A stretch of 64,000 nucleotides of DNA, taken from the NCBI GenBank assembly GCA_029953675.1, contig JAMWBK010000002.1:248001-312000 (forward strand). Direction: 5' to 3'. This DNA comes from Rhodosorus marinus CCMP1338. Lineage: Eukaryota > Plantae > Rhodophyta. The notes below the pieces were generated by a model, which was given only the letters and a program-made list of their open reading frames with translations, made no database searches and was not told where the DNA came from. Of the stretch, positions 36,978 to 49,523 are shown one piece after another; the stretch's first letter is position 1, and the number at the start of each line of letters is the position of its first letter. The translations under genes and the position numbers were made by a program.

Positions 36978-38071
36978 ATGGAGTTTGACGATATTGGAGG
37001 CCGGTGTGAACAGCCATCGTGCCATGTTCATGATTATCTCGTTTATAAATGTGATTCGTGTAATAGATCGTTTTGTCATGAGCATCGGACTTATGAGTCT
37101 CATGAATGTAAAGTAGGATTGCATCTGAGGACGAAACAGCAGACTGTGGAATGTCCGGTGAGTACTGTAGACTCTTGCGAGTTTTTAGCATTGTTTTCAC
37201 ATGCTTCAGAAAGAAACAAGCTCGACCTGACATGTACGGGTGTTTCGCTCGTTCGTTGTTTCTACTCTGGGTAGTTCTGTTCAAGACCGTTCGTAGTGAA
37301 GACGCCGGAGGATATTGATCGAATCGTTTCGCAGCATATCGATAAAGGCTGTCCGAAAAGAAAACGCGAGTTCAAGAAGTGCTCCTTTTCCGAGTGTTCG
37401 GTGAGGGACCCAGTGGCTGTTGTGTGCAAGCAATGCAAGCTTAACTATTGCCTCGAGCACAGACTGGAGGTCGATCACAATTGTACGGTGCAGCCAAAAG
37501 TTGCTTCTCAGACAAAACCTAAGGAGAGCCGTGGCGAGCGAAGGGTGGACCCGCTTGGTCGTGGCAATATCGCCAAGGAGCAAAGGCTGTACTTTCGAGT
37601 CTACTTCCCAGGCACGTCCTTGCATTCGACTCATTTCCAATCGAAACGCATGGCTGTCTTGGCTGACAATCTTATGACACTGTCCTCTGAATCGCAGGCC
37701 AGTTTGACCGGAACGGCAAAAGCATGTTCTTCTCCAAGGCGGTGACTGTCGGGAAAATGATCGACGAGGTCTTCGAGTTAGGAAAGATACAAACTCCATT
37801 CGAAGCCGGCTCCCCACGTCCAGGCGTGTTCTGCGCAAGACGTAGCGGGTCAGTTAACCTACTTCCGTACATGAGCAAACTATCTGAACTCGTGGACCAG
37901 AGGATTCTTGCACAAAACGACACCATAGTGTTCGCCGATCCGAACACGAATCCACTCAGTTTGACGGTGTATGCTCCAGCCGCTGTTCCAGTCCAGCAAC
38001 AAAGAAAGGAAAGGAAACCGCCTACGTCAGGACAACAGAAGCAAAAGAGGCGACCATGCGTCATCATGTAA
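36978..38071 (+). CDS. AN1 zinc-finger protein (ZFAND1/2, Cuz1-like): AN1, C2HC, AN1, ubiquitin-like domain, CaaX box (3 exons)
   Basis: AN1 CEQPSC...CDSC...FCHEH...HEC. Middle ECPFC...HIDKGC. Second AN1 CSFSEC...CKQC...YCLEH...HNC. Ubl-like LYFRVYFP...SMFFSKAVTVGKMID. Ends CVIM*. Introns 37158-37274 and 37612-37697. Confidence 0.9.
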
Positions 38072-39094
38072 ATGCCAAGTATTTATGCACGTCCTCACGC
38101 GCAATAGGTTTTTTTGTCCCAACAGTGCCAAACTAATATTAAATGTACAGACTAACTTCTTTGGTGGAGCCTGAGCACTGGAGGGTACACAGCAGATTGG
38201 TTTTCTCCATGACGCGAGTGTGGTCAAAGGCTGGGATCTGTTCAACCAGCTCGAAGTCCGACTAGGCAAAAACCGCGTTCAAGGGTATTGAAGCCTTCAG
38301 CAGGTTCAAGTTCAAGTGCTCACTCCGCAACCAAAGATTTCAAGCAACAAGCGCACAGCTGCTGCAGTCGTCCTCAAGCTCCCTTACGGGATTTTTCAAA
38401 GTCGGTTCGGACCCTTCCTTGTTTCTGCCACACGCAGCGAACGAGAGCTCGAAGAAGAATCTAAAGATTGGCGATCCTTTTGAGGTCGTCAGGCAGGAAG
38501 GTAGTCCATGTCACCATTTCCTCCAGAAAGAATTTACGAGGTACGGCTGGTCATATTCTTCTAGTCAACAAGCTATGACGATCAAAAGGGGGAGGTGTAG
38601 TTTATCAGTCTAGTTGTTGTCATTAGCGGACTTTTGCTGTTTGACATGGTGTCAAACCTTTACGAATGAAGCGGATGAATTTGTTTGACAATGAGTTACT
38701 GCGAGATATAACGGATGCGGGTATTCGAAGCGGATGAGAAGGGTTAAGAACGAGTCTGTTGTAGAGATTGGACTTGAACTGAGGGTAGTTTTATGAAATA
38801 TTGTTCCCTGAATCTTCTACGGACTGGAAAGATTGGGGATGGAAAACTGCTGGACTGAGAATGGCCGTTTCTAGTCCCCTCAGGCTGTTAAGGCGGAGCG
38901 TTCTCCAGCTTTCACTTTTTGTTGTGCTTTTTGACATGTACCTCAATCCTAGTTCATCGACTGGAGCTTGGAATGTTACTTTGCTGTGAGTACCTCAGCG
39001 TTCCTTCCCGGGATTGCTTCTTTGCTCATACTAACGAACCATCAAATGCTTGTTGGTGTTTAGGATCTCGTCAACGGCATTATGCATCTGCGCC

Positions 39095-39987
39095 ATGGTT
39101 CCTAAAATAGCGCAGTCTTCTGGGGCGAACTGGACTCTTCTCGTATTCGGATCCGGCTTGTTCGTAGCTGCTTCAGCCACGATGCTTTCAAGATTTCAGC
39201 TTAATCCTTCCAGATTTGAAATGAACGCAAAATATCCTAATGGGCTTCCGCGAATCATCCCTGAAGTAGCAGACAAGCCCGCAGGTCAATGGGAGGGTTC
39301 TGCCGTTGCCGCAGCAATGTCAAGCGTAGAAAAAAAGCGACTCAGGACAATAGTATCAGATGAAAAGGAAGTTTCCCCTGTAGAACTCGGAGGCGAAGAT
39401 GATCCCGTACTCGCTGTAAGATCCCGAACGGGAGAGGACTGCCATTCGGCGTGCAGACGAAGCAATTTGATTTGCTACGAAGTACGCACCTTGGCCTTCC
39501 AAAGCATCACCTCCCAAGGGAAGAATGCCTCAAAAAAGATCTCGTCGTTCCAACCAGGGTGGTTTCTACGTTGTAAACGAATGCGAAACGGTGAAGTCTC
39601 TGATGCATTGCGAGAAGTGCCTGTCAAAGTACTATAGCGACCCCGCGGTGACCAGTCCCGCAATCCAGGACAACGCTCACGGGCTAGGCGGACACATCTG
39701 TTATGTCATCCCGTTGAAATTTGTCCGGGAGCCGGTTCCGGAGGGACTCGTAAGCCCGCGCTTTCATTTACCTATATTCCTCTTCTTGGGTTCCTAAAAA
39801 TTTCTAGATGCCAACTCTGTACAACCAAGAAAGCGAACAATCTAGCAGGCCACGGGCAAGAGTTTTGGCCGCTCTGCAGCCCCGTACATCCATTGACACT
39901 GCCCGTTTCTGTTCGCTCCAGGGTACTCGATGTGAAGCGAAGGGGTCCAGGCTTCAACGCCTCTGTCCATGTGCCAACGGAAGCTAG
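39095..39987 (+). CDS. Type II membrane protein with a stand-alone GnT-V/MGAT5 C-terminal-like Cys-rich module (3 coding exons)
   Basis: TM WTLLVFGSGLFVAASATML. After splicing (39482-39557, 39750-39807): GEDCHSACRRSNLICYEGGFYVVNEC...RCEAKGSRLQRLCPC. Confidence 0.7.
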
Positions 39988-40041
39988 CCATCCAGAAGAG
40001 CTCGTCAAGATCGATGTTTGATGAGGAACATTATACCCACT

Positions 40042-42068
40042 CTACCCTGGGTCTATTGTGACGGAGCTGTCTAGATCGCTTTGATCCGTTGGTTCACCCA
40101 TCTCGCTACTCTCGTCCGAGTTGCTTTCAGCAGGTGTTTCTTCCACAGGTGCTTCGGTTCGTCCAGCTGCGATTTCCGCGCCCCACCTAGCGGGCCGCTT
40201 CTCTGTTCGTGGTCCTTCCGCGGACAAAATGAACGATTCTGACTCCGTCTCTTCGTCTCCAACGTGTATTTCGCTCCGTCGTCTGCAGAATTGGATCAGG
40301 TGCACATAAAAAGAAAAATCTGGTCAAACCCAAGCGCTAGGAGAGGAAACAACTAGATCGATAAAGAGACTCCTCATCCACGGGCTTACGCTCTTCGCCT
40401 GGTGTCCCTCAGATCGAAAAAGAAGTAGAGAAGCAAATAGCCAGCGATGATCGCTCCAATAGGAACGGCGCCACTTCCTTTTCTCTCGGCCTGCGGTGGT
40501 AGCTTGATACCTCCTTTCACAAACTGCTTGGGGTATTCGCCTAGGATAGATTCATTTCATATACGTTCAGAAACTTTGCTCCATGAGTTGCTCAGTTTCG
40601 GACTGTGGACGAATAGACCGTAAGATGCGGGCCGCCTCCACCGTTTTCGACACTGATTACATCTCACCTGTTTGAATACCTTCCTCCATGAACCAAGTAT
40701 CCATTTCGAGAAACAAAATTTCTTCCTGCTCGCGCCATTCCTTGAGCTTCGGGTCGACCGCCTCGATGAGGTTATTCTCCCCTTCAACAGCATCCCAAGC
40801 AGAGTCATCAACTACCGTCTTGCATACTCGGTAGAGCTCGGGTAACCAAGGCTGACCATCTGGAAGCAGTTTTTGGCCTCTTCCATCCTGAGCGAAGAGT
40901 TGTCAATCGAAAAACGCAGGCTAATCAGCTTTCCGAAATGAAGTTTCTAGTCTCGATGGCTCTGAGATTCCTTTACCTGCCGGCAGAGTGGGGAAGACTC
41001 AGCCAGAGCGATCTCTGGAGCATTCATTAAGGTGTAGCTCAGGTCGTTTGGTCCTTCTCCCCCTGCGACAGAAACAGAGAGAGAGTGCGTTTAGAATCGT
41101 GAAATTGGTGGTCCGGAAACTGGGTAGGTTTCTTTCTCCTAGAACCTACTTCTCCTATTGTGAATAGTTTCTCCGTGTGGAACCGCATCGGCTATGGACT
41201 GCCATATAAAATCTCGTCTTCCACGGACAAAGGATTGATAATCGAGGTTGTCAGGAGGAAGAGCACAGGCGTGTGTGAATACTACGACCGCTTGGCGCCA
41301 GACGGCGTGTCCGAAATAGGTAGTGATAGCCCGGATGTGCATCTCGTCGGAACGATCACATCGGGTATCGTCAAGCCTGGTGACGTAAAGCATAATATTC
41401 ACAACGCCACCGCGGTTTTCGACAAGCTCGTAGACAGTGGGAAGGAGTCCATCGGTGGCGTCCTTGGGCAGCCCTGGGGTATCGATAAACTCCAGCAAGA
41501 CTCCGTTGAAGCGCCTTGCCACGACATTGATGCGTTCTCTACTTCTCTTCCCTCGCACCCATGGAAGCCTCAACCTGGGAAGGGGGAAGTTGCGAAATGT
41601 CCTGAACAGGGGTTCTAGAACTGGACTGAACATTATCAACGTCATCCTCCATCTTGGAAGTGGAGCACTTCCACCGGGCTTATCCGCAACGGCATGCTCT
41701 CCAACCAGCTCGTTCACCAGCGACGATTTTCCAGAACCTTCTTGACCCACGATAAGCACAGTCCCTCGATCCCGTCCACATTTCTTGAGGCTGTCAGTAA
41801 ACTCCTTCAAAGCGGCAGTAGTTTGTCGACTGAAAGATGCGGTCTGGAGGTTAAACTCGGCCACCGGCTCCAGATCATCGAGGTCCTCCGGTCGTAAACC
41901 AGTAATCGCGCGTCGTACATGCCCTGAAGCCCGCCTGATAAGCTGACCCAAGTCAATTCCTCCATCATCATCCCCGTCCTCTTCCAGTGGCTGCACTAGA
42001 TCACCGGCTTCAGATAGCGTTGATGAGAGTTCATCGGTCCCGTTCTCGCTCCCCGTACGATCGGCCAT
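40042..42068 (-). CDS. TOC34: Toc34/Toc159-family plastid outer-envelope import GTPase (5 exons)
   Basis: G1 GQEGSGKSS, G3 IDTPGL, LYVTRLDDTR, FGHAVWRQAVVVFTHA, spliced IALAESSPLC and LLPDGQPWLPEL, then TM AVPIGAIIAGYLLLYFFFDL and an acidic tail. Confidence 0.85.
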
Positions 42069-45000
42069 AGAAGACGATAGAAAACCTCATCGCCCATCCA
42101 CCATCCCCACAGCCAGTCACCTCCCTCACCGTCTCGAAAACCTAAAATCTTCCTATCCCATCCGAAACGTCTTTCAGGCCGCCTCCTTTTCTCCAAAATG
42201 TTTTCCAATTTTCAACTTGGAGGTACGAAAAACTTAGATCGCTCCTCAAGTCTCCTTCAGCAGTTTGGCTGTTGTTGAAAGCTCTGATGACGTCCTCACC
42301 GGTCGGAGGTGGCCAAGTTCTAGACACAGAGAGAGAGAGAGATAGAGCTGGCCTTTGGGTTGGGGGAAGGGGGGAGGGGACTGGGAAGTAGAAAGTGAGG
42401 AGAAATCTACTAGTTCTACTGATAGCTCTGTGGGTTCTCGTGGATTAGTTTCTTGGTTTGTCTATATTCTGCGCACAGACGTGAAGATGTTTGTGATATT
42501 TCTTCTTCAAGTTTAGAGGGTAGTGTCGCCTCTGATTTCCTGTTGGTAGGTTTTGCATGGCTGAGGTATCGCGTCTGATCGCGAGGGATAGGAGAGTGCC
42601 AGCTAGGTTGAGGGATTTTGTTGTACATTGACAGGAGCAGTGCTAATGAACGGGAGACTGATAGATGTACATCTGGGAGCTTTTCTCTGCGGGAGCGACG
42701 ACGACTCTTTGAACTGTGGAGGACACGGAGAAATCTCGCGCTGGACCCTTGCTACTTATGTCCGTGGACTCCTTCTTGCAGTTCTCCAACTTCGATTCTG
42801 CGGGAAAGAACACGTGCCGGTTTCGCTTTCCACTGGCTCTCTACGCTGGCTCCCAAAAAAAGAGATTGACAGCTTTCTTCCAAGGGATCCGGGCCTCGTT
42901 TCCCATCCGAAAGCTAGTTCCAGGGCCATTCAAGCTAGCTCCTAACCAGGCACCTTCCCAGATACTATCCAGAGGCTGAGCTTGGCCGTCGTATCACTTA
43001 AGCACCTGACCAAAAGCAACTTGTCGCCACATCAATATTCCCATTTTTCCTCTTCCAGAAGCATCGTAACGCTAGCAAACGAAAAACAAGCAAGAAACGG
43101 ATCCTGCTGCACTCAAAACCGTATTCCTCATCAAAGTCATTGGCAATCCAAATTTTTCCCAGTCAAGAAGCTCAGGAAAGAATTTGATCGGCAGGACGAT
43201 AGCAAGCAGCCTTAAAAAGGAAATTCACAGACCAGACCCAAAAGCGAGCTGTCAACACACGTTGTCTGTCTCACTTTCGCCCGAAACCAAAAAAAAAAGA
43301 GCTGTTTGCAAGAAAGGATTCTCCCTGACAACATCCAGGATTTCTTTCTCCAGAGAGTTATAGAGCCTTAAAAACAAAACAAAAGCCGGGCGTATCCACC
43401 CAATATGGTCGGGAGAGGTGTCAACATGGCAAGAAAATAGCATTCCACATCCAGTCTCTTCCGCTTCTCTCTCTCACACTCTCTTCCGACTTGAAGAGCG
43501 CTCTCCAAGCAACTCTATCAACGCCTTCCCAGTACTCACTAAATTCAACACAAAAACAAATATACTAAACCAATAAAACAATCAGGAACATCCGTTAGTA
43601 GACACCTATTCGCTATATCTTTGGGACATTGTACTTGAGCTTGACCCCTTTTAATCCGATTTCCGAAATGAAAAGTTTTTCCGTGTCCGTTCATCCACCC
43701 CCACAAAAAAACAAAATGCCCTTTTTAATTTTTGTTTTTCCTGAATAACGAGTACAATATTGAATCACCCTAGGGGTCTATATGCTCGAAGCCCGCTCCC
43801 AACCCCCGCACCCCCTCCCCCCAGTTCCCACCCGAACTCTTTCTATAGGTTTTAGTCTGATGAGTTTGTTTTTTAGCGAAAATTCTTTCACCGATCTCGG
43901 AGGGGAAACTCTTTTATTTAAGACATAAATTCTCAAACATAGAAGGATTTTTATTTATTTCTTGAATGGTCCCCTGACTTGTGAACAAGATTGAGTCCAG
44001 GATTGGTTAACTGATTGCTTATTTAACCAATTAAAATCCACCAAGTTGATCCAAATGTTCTTTTTCTAATTGTTTCTTGTAGGTATCTTCTAATTTTTCA
44101 CGTCAAAACCAAAACAGAACCAATGCAAAACGAAAAAAAAAAAGGCTTATTCCTTTTTTCTCCTTTAGGAAAAGGTTTTTTTTCTATCTCCTCCTTTCTT
44201 CCATCACCACCACCTCCCACACACCAAAAAAAATTTAAAAAACAATTTGCATGCCTCGAAGAAAAATATTTTACTAGAAATCTCGAACAGGTACTCTTTA
44301 GCCCACGGGCCGGGAACATTTGCCATTCTTGGCAACGGGACACTGCCCAACGCAAAAAAAAGGAAAAACACAACAGCCCATCCCCAACCCCCCCCCCCCT
44401 CCTAAACCGCGGCCATTCCTCCCCCTCACCCCGACCCCCTCTCCCTTTTGCTCTCCACTTCCCATCTTCTATTCCTGCCCCTGCACCGCTTGAGATGTGA
44501 ATCGACGTTCGACAAGGACAAATTAAACGTCATCTAAAATCAATCATTAAATAATGACTGATAATTAAATATTCTTATCTATACAATAATTGTATCCTAA
44601 AATCTAAGCGACGGGAACATAACTTTAAATGTGGAAAATAATTCCGTGAATGATATTTCCATCATATACTGATTTAGATTGATTAATAGATGACTCTTAA
44701 AATAAGAAATTCTTCGGAAGTAGTTTTCTTGTATGGAAAAGAAGGGGGGGGGGGGAGGGGACAAGGTATTGGTTGGTTTTTGGGACGGTGAGACTGCTTT
44801 TTTCTTTCAAAAAATAATAATATGATTTTGGTATAAAAAAAATTGTAGTTGATTTTGTATTGTTTTGGGATCAAAACGAACTGAGGTTTTTTGGAGAAAA
44901 AAAAAAGAGGAATGAAATGGGAAGGATTTTGGTTGGGTGGGTGACAGGAGGATTGGAGGTGAGAGACGAGGAGGAGGGGAAGTTGAGATGTTCATTGGGA

Positions 45001-45481
45001 GAGGACGGGAGGTTTGGGGGAGAAGGGGGAGGGGAGAGACTTTGTTTAAACTAGAGTGGGCGTTTTTTAGTTAGGAGAGGTTGGAGGGGAGATTAGTTTT
45101 TTGTTTGTTTTGTTCTGGGGTTTGGGAGGATAATGAGGGTCCTGGTTTGATAGTTTTTGTTTTGTTGTTTTTGAGTTTGGTTGGTGTCAAGGAGGCGAAG
45201 GAGTTTTTCTCTGAGGAAGACTTGAGCACGTTGGCTTGGTTTCAGTTCTCGCCGATTTCGTGTTCTGGTCTTGTTTTTGGGCGGGGAGGGATTTTGGCTT
45301 TTGGTGAACGCTCTGCTGCCTTTTTGGAGTGTGCGGCGAGATCGACTGGGCCGGTGGAAGGGAGGGGGGGGTGAGGAGGGAGTAGACGCGTTGGTTGGAC
45401 GGGTGCGTCCTGTATAGTAGGTTTTATTGAAGGGTTTGTATTGTGTGTAGAAGTATTTGATTTTCTTTAACTTTGGAAAGG

Positions 45482-47197
45482 ATGGCGGGCGTGGATGGAG
45501 ATGAGACAAAGGTTTCGTCAGGTAAGCACAAGTCGATGTTTTCGTTTCATTACCAGGGATCCCTGCTGACTCTAAGCTTTGTTGTCCTTTTACAGAGACA
45601 ACTTTCGAAATGCCAGTGAGTCCGACAATTGCGGAAGCAGTAGTTCGTCAAATGGAGTTTTATTTGGGAAGGGCCAACCTTCCGACAGACTACTTTTTGT
45701 CCCAGCACATGGACGGCGAATTCTGGGTTAGGATTGAAGTTCTTGCCGCCTTCCCTAAAATGATGAGATTTGGGTTGACCGCGGAACAGATAGGACAAGT
45801 CGTAGGGGAGAGGTCAAACCAGCTGGAGGTTGACTCAGAGCAGATGATTGTGAGGCCAAAGTACCTAGTTGAGGAGAAGCAAAAGTCGGTCCTCATTCTG
45901 CGAGATGTTCCAGAGACAACCACAGAAGATCAGGTTAAGGAGCTCTTGGCTAATGAGCAGTGCCCAGAACCACTCAACATAAGGCCGGACATCGCGAACG
46001 TTTGGTTTCTAGATTTCGACGGCACGGAGACTGCAAGGAACTGTCTTGAATCTCTCAAGGACAAGTCGTTGAATGGTATTGTTCTTGCTTGCTGCTGCAT
46101 TATGCTTTGGACTTTAGACTTTCCAAGAGTTCTAATTTCGGTCTATTTCCGCCGAACACCAGGGGCACCTGTCAAGGCTAGGGTGAAGAACGTGTCGAGC
46201 AAGGTGGCGGATGCGGGTCACTCTCCTGTGGCCGTTCAATACGTTCCCGAATATAGTGTACTCTCTCCTTACTTGGCGCCACTCACGCCTAATGGCTATC
46301 CAAGATATCCAGCAGGACCCCGGGGAAAGGGACGAAAGACTGCGAACGGGGCTACGAGAAGAGGGCGGAGACGAGGACAGTCAGAGCAGAAAGAGGATGT
46401 GCGGAGGGGGTCCCAGAAGCAGGAGAACCCCGCCCCAGCCGAATCCATGATGAAGTCGGGCGCGCACTTCCCCCCTCTGAACGTAGATGGAGAAAATACG
46501 CCAACCGTTAGCGGTATGTGCTAAGAGCATCTGGTTTCGCTGCTCGAGACTTGGTCGCTGATCGTCTTGTTTTGGTTTCGGAAATCTTCGTTTAACAGAG
46601 ATCCAAAGCGACAAGGAAGAATCTGCTTCCATTGAGGACAATGCAACTGCGTCCAGCAAGGATGAAAGCGTTGATGAGGAGCAGAAGAGCAAAGAGACTA
46701 GGAGCTCAGACGCGAAGTGCTCGGCCGCTGATTCAGTTTCGTCCGTACCCGCGGTGCAGGTGTCGTACGCTGCAATTGCTCGCACGGTTTATAAGCCCAA
46801 AGAGACAGCTGACGCTCATCGGGAGGTACCTCCCCGTCCCGTGGCTGAGCCCCGTGAGCTTGGAGTGAGCGAAACTAAGCAAAATCCCGAGGCTCTGAAA
46901 GCTGGCCTGGCTAAGGAAAAAGCTATACTGAGCGCAGCAGACAGATCGCCCAAGGTAGAATTCTCACCACGCAATCGTTCGCTGATGTGTTCTAGTTGAT
47001 TCGTATGGTCCTCAGTCTGCTCCCCTTGTCGTTTGCTTCCTGTATAGTCACAGAAGCCGATCGTTCCCGCCATGTCTGCCGCGGCCTCTGTATGGGAGAG
47101 CAAGCCAAGTGCTGTGCTTGAGGCTCCGTCTCGATGCGTTGAGACGACTGATGATACTCAGCTTGACTCGAGGCCGAGAATGATTCAAAGCAGCTAA
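45482..47197 (+). CDS. LARP4: La-related protein, LARP4-like (La motif + RRM; 5 exons)
   Basis: RQMEFYLGRANLPTDYFL (La motif), SVLILRDVPE...VWFLDF...GAPVKARVK (LARP4-type RRM), VSYAAIAR resembling the LARP4 SYAEV segment. Confidence 0.85.
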
Positions 47198-48304
47198 ATC
47201 CGCGATGATTATCACGTGGAGAGGGTGTGCGTATGGCAGATCTGTCGCAAGTGTTCTTGAGAACGTGTACTTTAAAGATTGCGACAGATGAGATTGCACT
47301 GTTTCATAGGAGCGAGATGATGGTTTAACGCAGTGGTGGTCATGCGTGAGGTGAGATGCGGAGTAACCTTGCTGAAGGTTGTAATAGAAAAGTCGTTGGA
47401 TGTACATTAGCAAATCTATCCAATGCGATGTGAACGGGTGGGAGCCGGAACGTCAGATAGTGCCTGTTTCTTTTGCCGGAGCTATGAGAAGGGCTTGCCT
47501 TTATATTTTTTGTTGCTTATTCTTTTTGTGTACCAAGAACCGGCGCCAGGGACTGACTTGGTTTGCACGGTTCACTTGTGCGAGCGAATTTGGTGAATTG
47601 GCTTAACGAAATGCCGAGCACCACTTAATGATCGAGAAAAATAACATGGCGTGATTGACTTCGCTTGAGGTTGCTGTTGTCTGCGTACGGCTATTGGCAA
47701 GACTCAGTTACAAAAAAAAACCAAAAATAAAGTAAAACTAACATGCGTAAGATGCCTGCTCTTCCAGCTTTGCTCAAACGACGGCTTCGGGGGTGGCAAG
47801 CATTCCGTTGTCGTAGTTTGGAGAGTGAACCTGTGCGAAGAGACCACGCGGTCTCGAAATTCTTAAAGAATGCTCAAGTAGCTGGGTCAGGCTAGCCTTT
47901 ATTAGGATTACCTTATGCTTGCTACCTGGGTAGCGCCAAATTAGCAGCCTAATCCAAGCGTTGGCGAGTGGTCTTGATGAAACCCAAGGCCAGTGTGTTC
48001 CACCCCGCTTCACATACTCCCTATCCTTACAGGTGCTCTATCCGCATGTTGAATCCTCAACAGTGCATGCCTTGTACAAATTGGTCGAGGTCGTTTTCAG
48101 ACCGTCACTTGTTCGTTTGTAGATCCCCTCTCCGCTAAAGCGGAGAGAACACGACCCCATGAGTTAGGAAGCTTCTCCTTAAGACCAACAGCTTGCTCCA
48201 GTCGTTGATGACTTGCCACCTCGTGCAGTGTTCCTGGAGTTTGGAATAAAAGTCTTCAGCGATCTGCATCTTCAAGAGTTGACCCACTTTCTAGTTTGGA
48301 GCAA

Positions 48305-49523
48305 CTAGCCACTTTCAGATGGAACCGGGCTGGACGGTTCAACCACCGGTTTTGATCGTAGATAAACCGCCAGCATTGCAACAAGCGGAGCCAGTGCGAC
48401 AATCGACACTGCTGACGGTACTCTCACGCCAAAGTCTTGGAAGTGCTTTGTGGCAAGAACAAAGCTCAGCGCCGGAGACTGGGTTAGACGTGCACATGCA
48501 GCAGTTTTGTTCAGATCTTCGAATGCTCAATCTCTCAGACTCCAATCGAGCTTCCAGCTGGCTTACCTTGAAAGCAGTCTCAATCGCTAGGGTTCTCGAT
48601 TCCTTTTCTCCCATTGAGAGGCTTTTGGGAAGAAGATATCCGAACAGCCCACCGCACAAATGTAGGATGACGACCGGTGCCAGTAGGAACAGAAAGTAAC
48701 TCTTGAGCGCCGCTGATGTCTTTGCTATCGATACGGTAACGAGGAAACAGGTCGCCAGGATTCCGGCGACGGGGAGCCCTGGTTCGATTCTCCTTGTCGC
48801 TTGAGGAAAAAAGGCGTTAAAGCCGACCCCGAGGAAGATGGGAAATAGAACGACCTGCACTGCCGATTTGGCTACGCCGATGACATCGATGGGGATGATC
48901 TGCCCGATCAGAACCTTTGAGAGCATCGGCAGCATGAAGATCGCTGAAAACGTGGTAAGCGTGGTCATGGCTACCGATAGAGCAGTATCCCCGCCAGCGA
49001 TGTATGTACACAAGTTTGATGCTTGGCCTCCGGATACAATGCCAAGCAGGATCAGGCCGACTTGAAATTCTCTGCTCAGAGTAAAGAGCTTCGTCAAGAT
49101 CAACGCCGTTGCTGGCACAAACATGTAACAGCCGATGAAGCAGATACAAAGCTCTCTCCATTTACTGGATGCGCGGCTCAGATCTGCGAACGATAATGTC
49201 AATCCCATCGAAAGCATCAATGCGCCCAGACCTAGGGTTAAATAGATGTCCTTAACGCCAACAAAAGCCGCTGGAAACACAACACCCAACGCAGAAGAAC
49301 CCAACGACCATAGCGGGAAGAGATTGGTGAACAACTGAAGAGGAGAAGGCCCAGAACTTTTCATAGAAATGCCATCATCCCCACGCGCATCTGCTCGCCT
49401 CAGAACGCTCAACCTCCTCGCCGAGATCGCGAACGCTGCAGACTTGTTCATCGGACTCTTCGCGGTTCCTGACGAGCGCGTCCAAACTCGGTGCGCCGAG
49501 GGCAGAAACAACAAGGACGCCAT
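48305..49523 (-). CDS. Plastid bile acid:sodium symporter (BASS) family metabolite transporter (2 exons)
   Basis: Transit-peptide-like N-terminus, MLSMGLTL, GGQASNLCTY..GDTALSVAMTT, RTLAIETAFK|SPALSFVLATKHF. Substrate cannot be assigned. Confidence 0.9.

Noticed and set aside
4117-42068. Organelle-import gene cluster (M16 peptidase, SAM50, TOC34)
   Set aside because: The genes are far apart, interspersed with unrelated genes and serve different organelles.
48128-48147. Perfect hairpin CTCTCCGC-TAAA-GCGGAGAG as a terminator
   Set aside because: Intrinsic terminators do not apply to eukaryotic Pol II genes, and an 8-bp stem is expected by chance.
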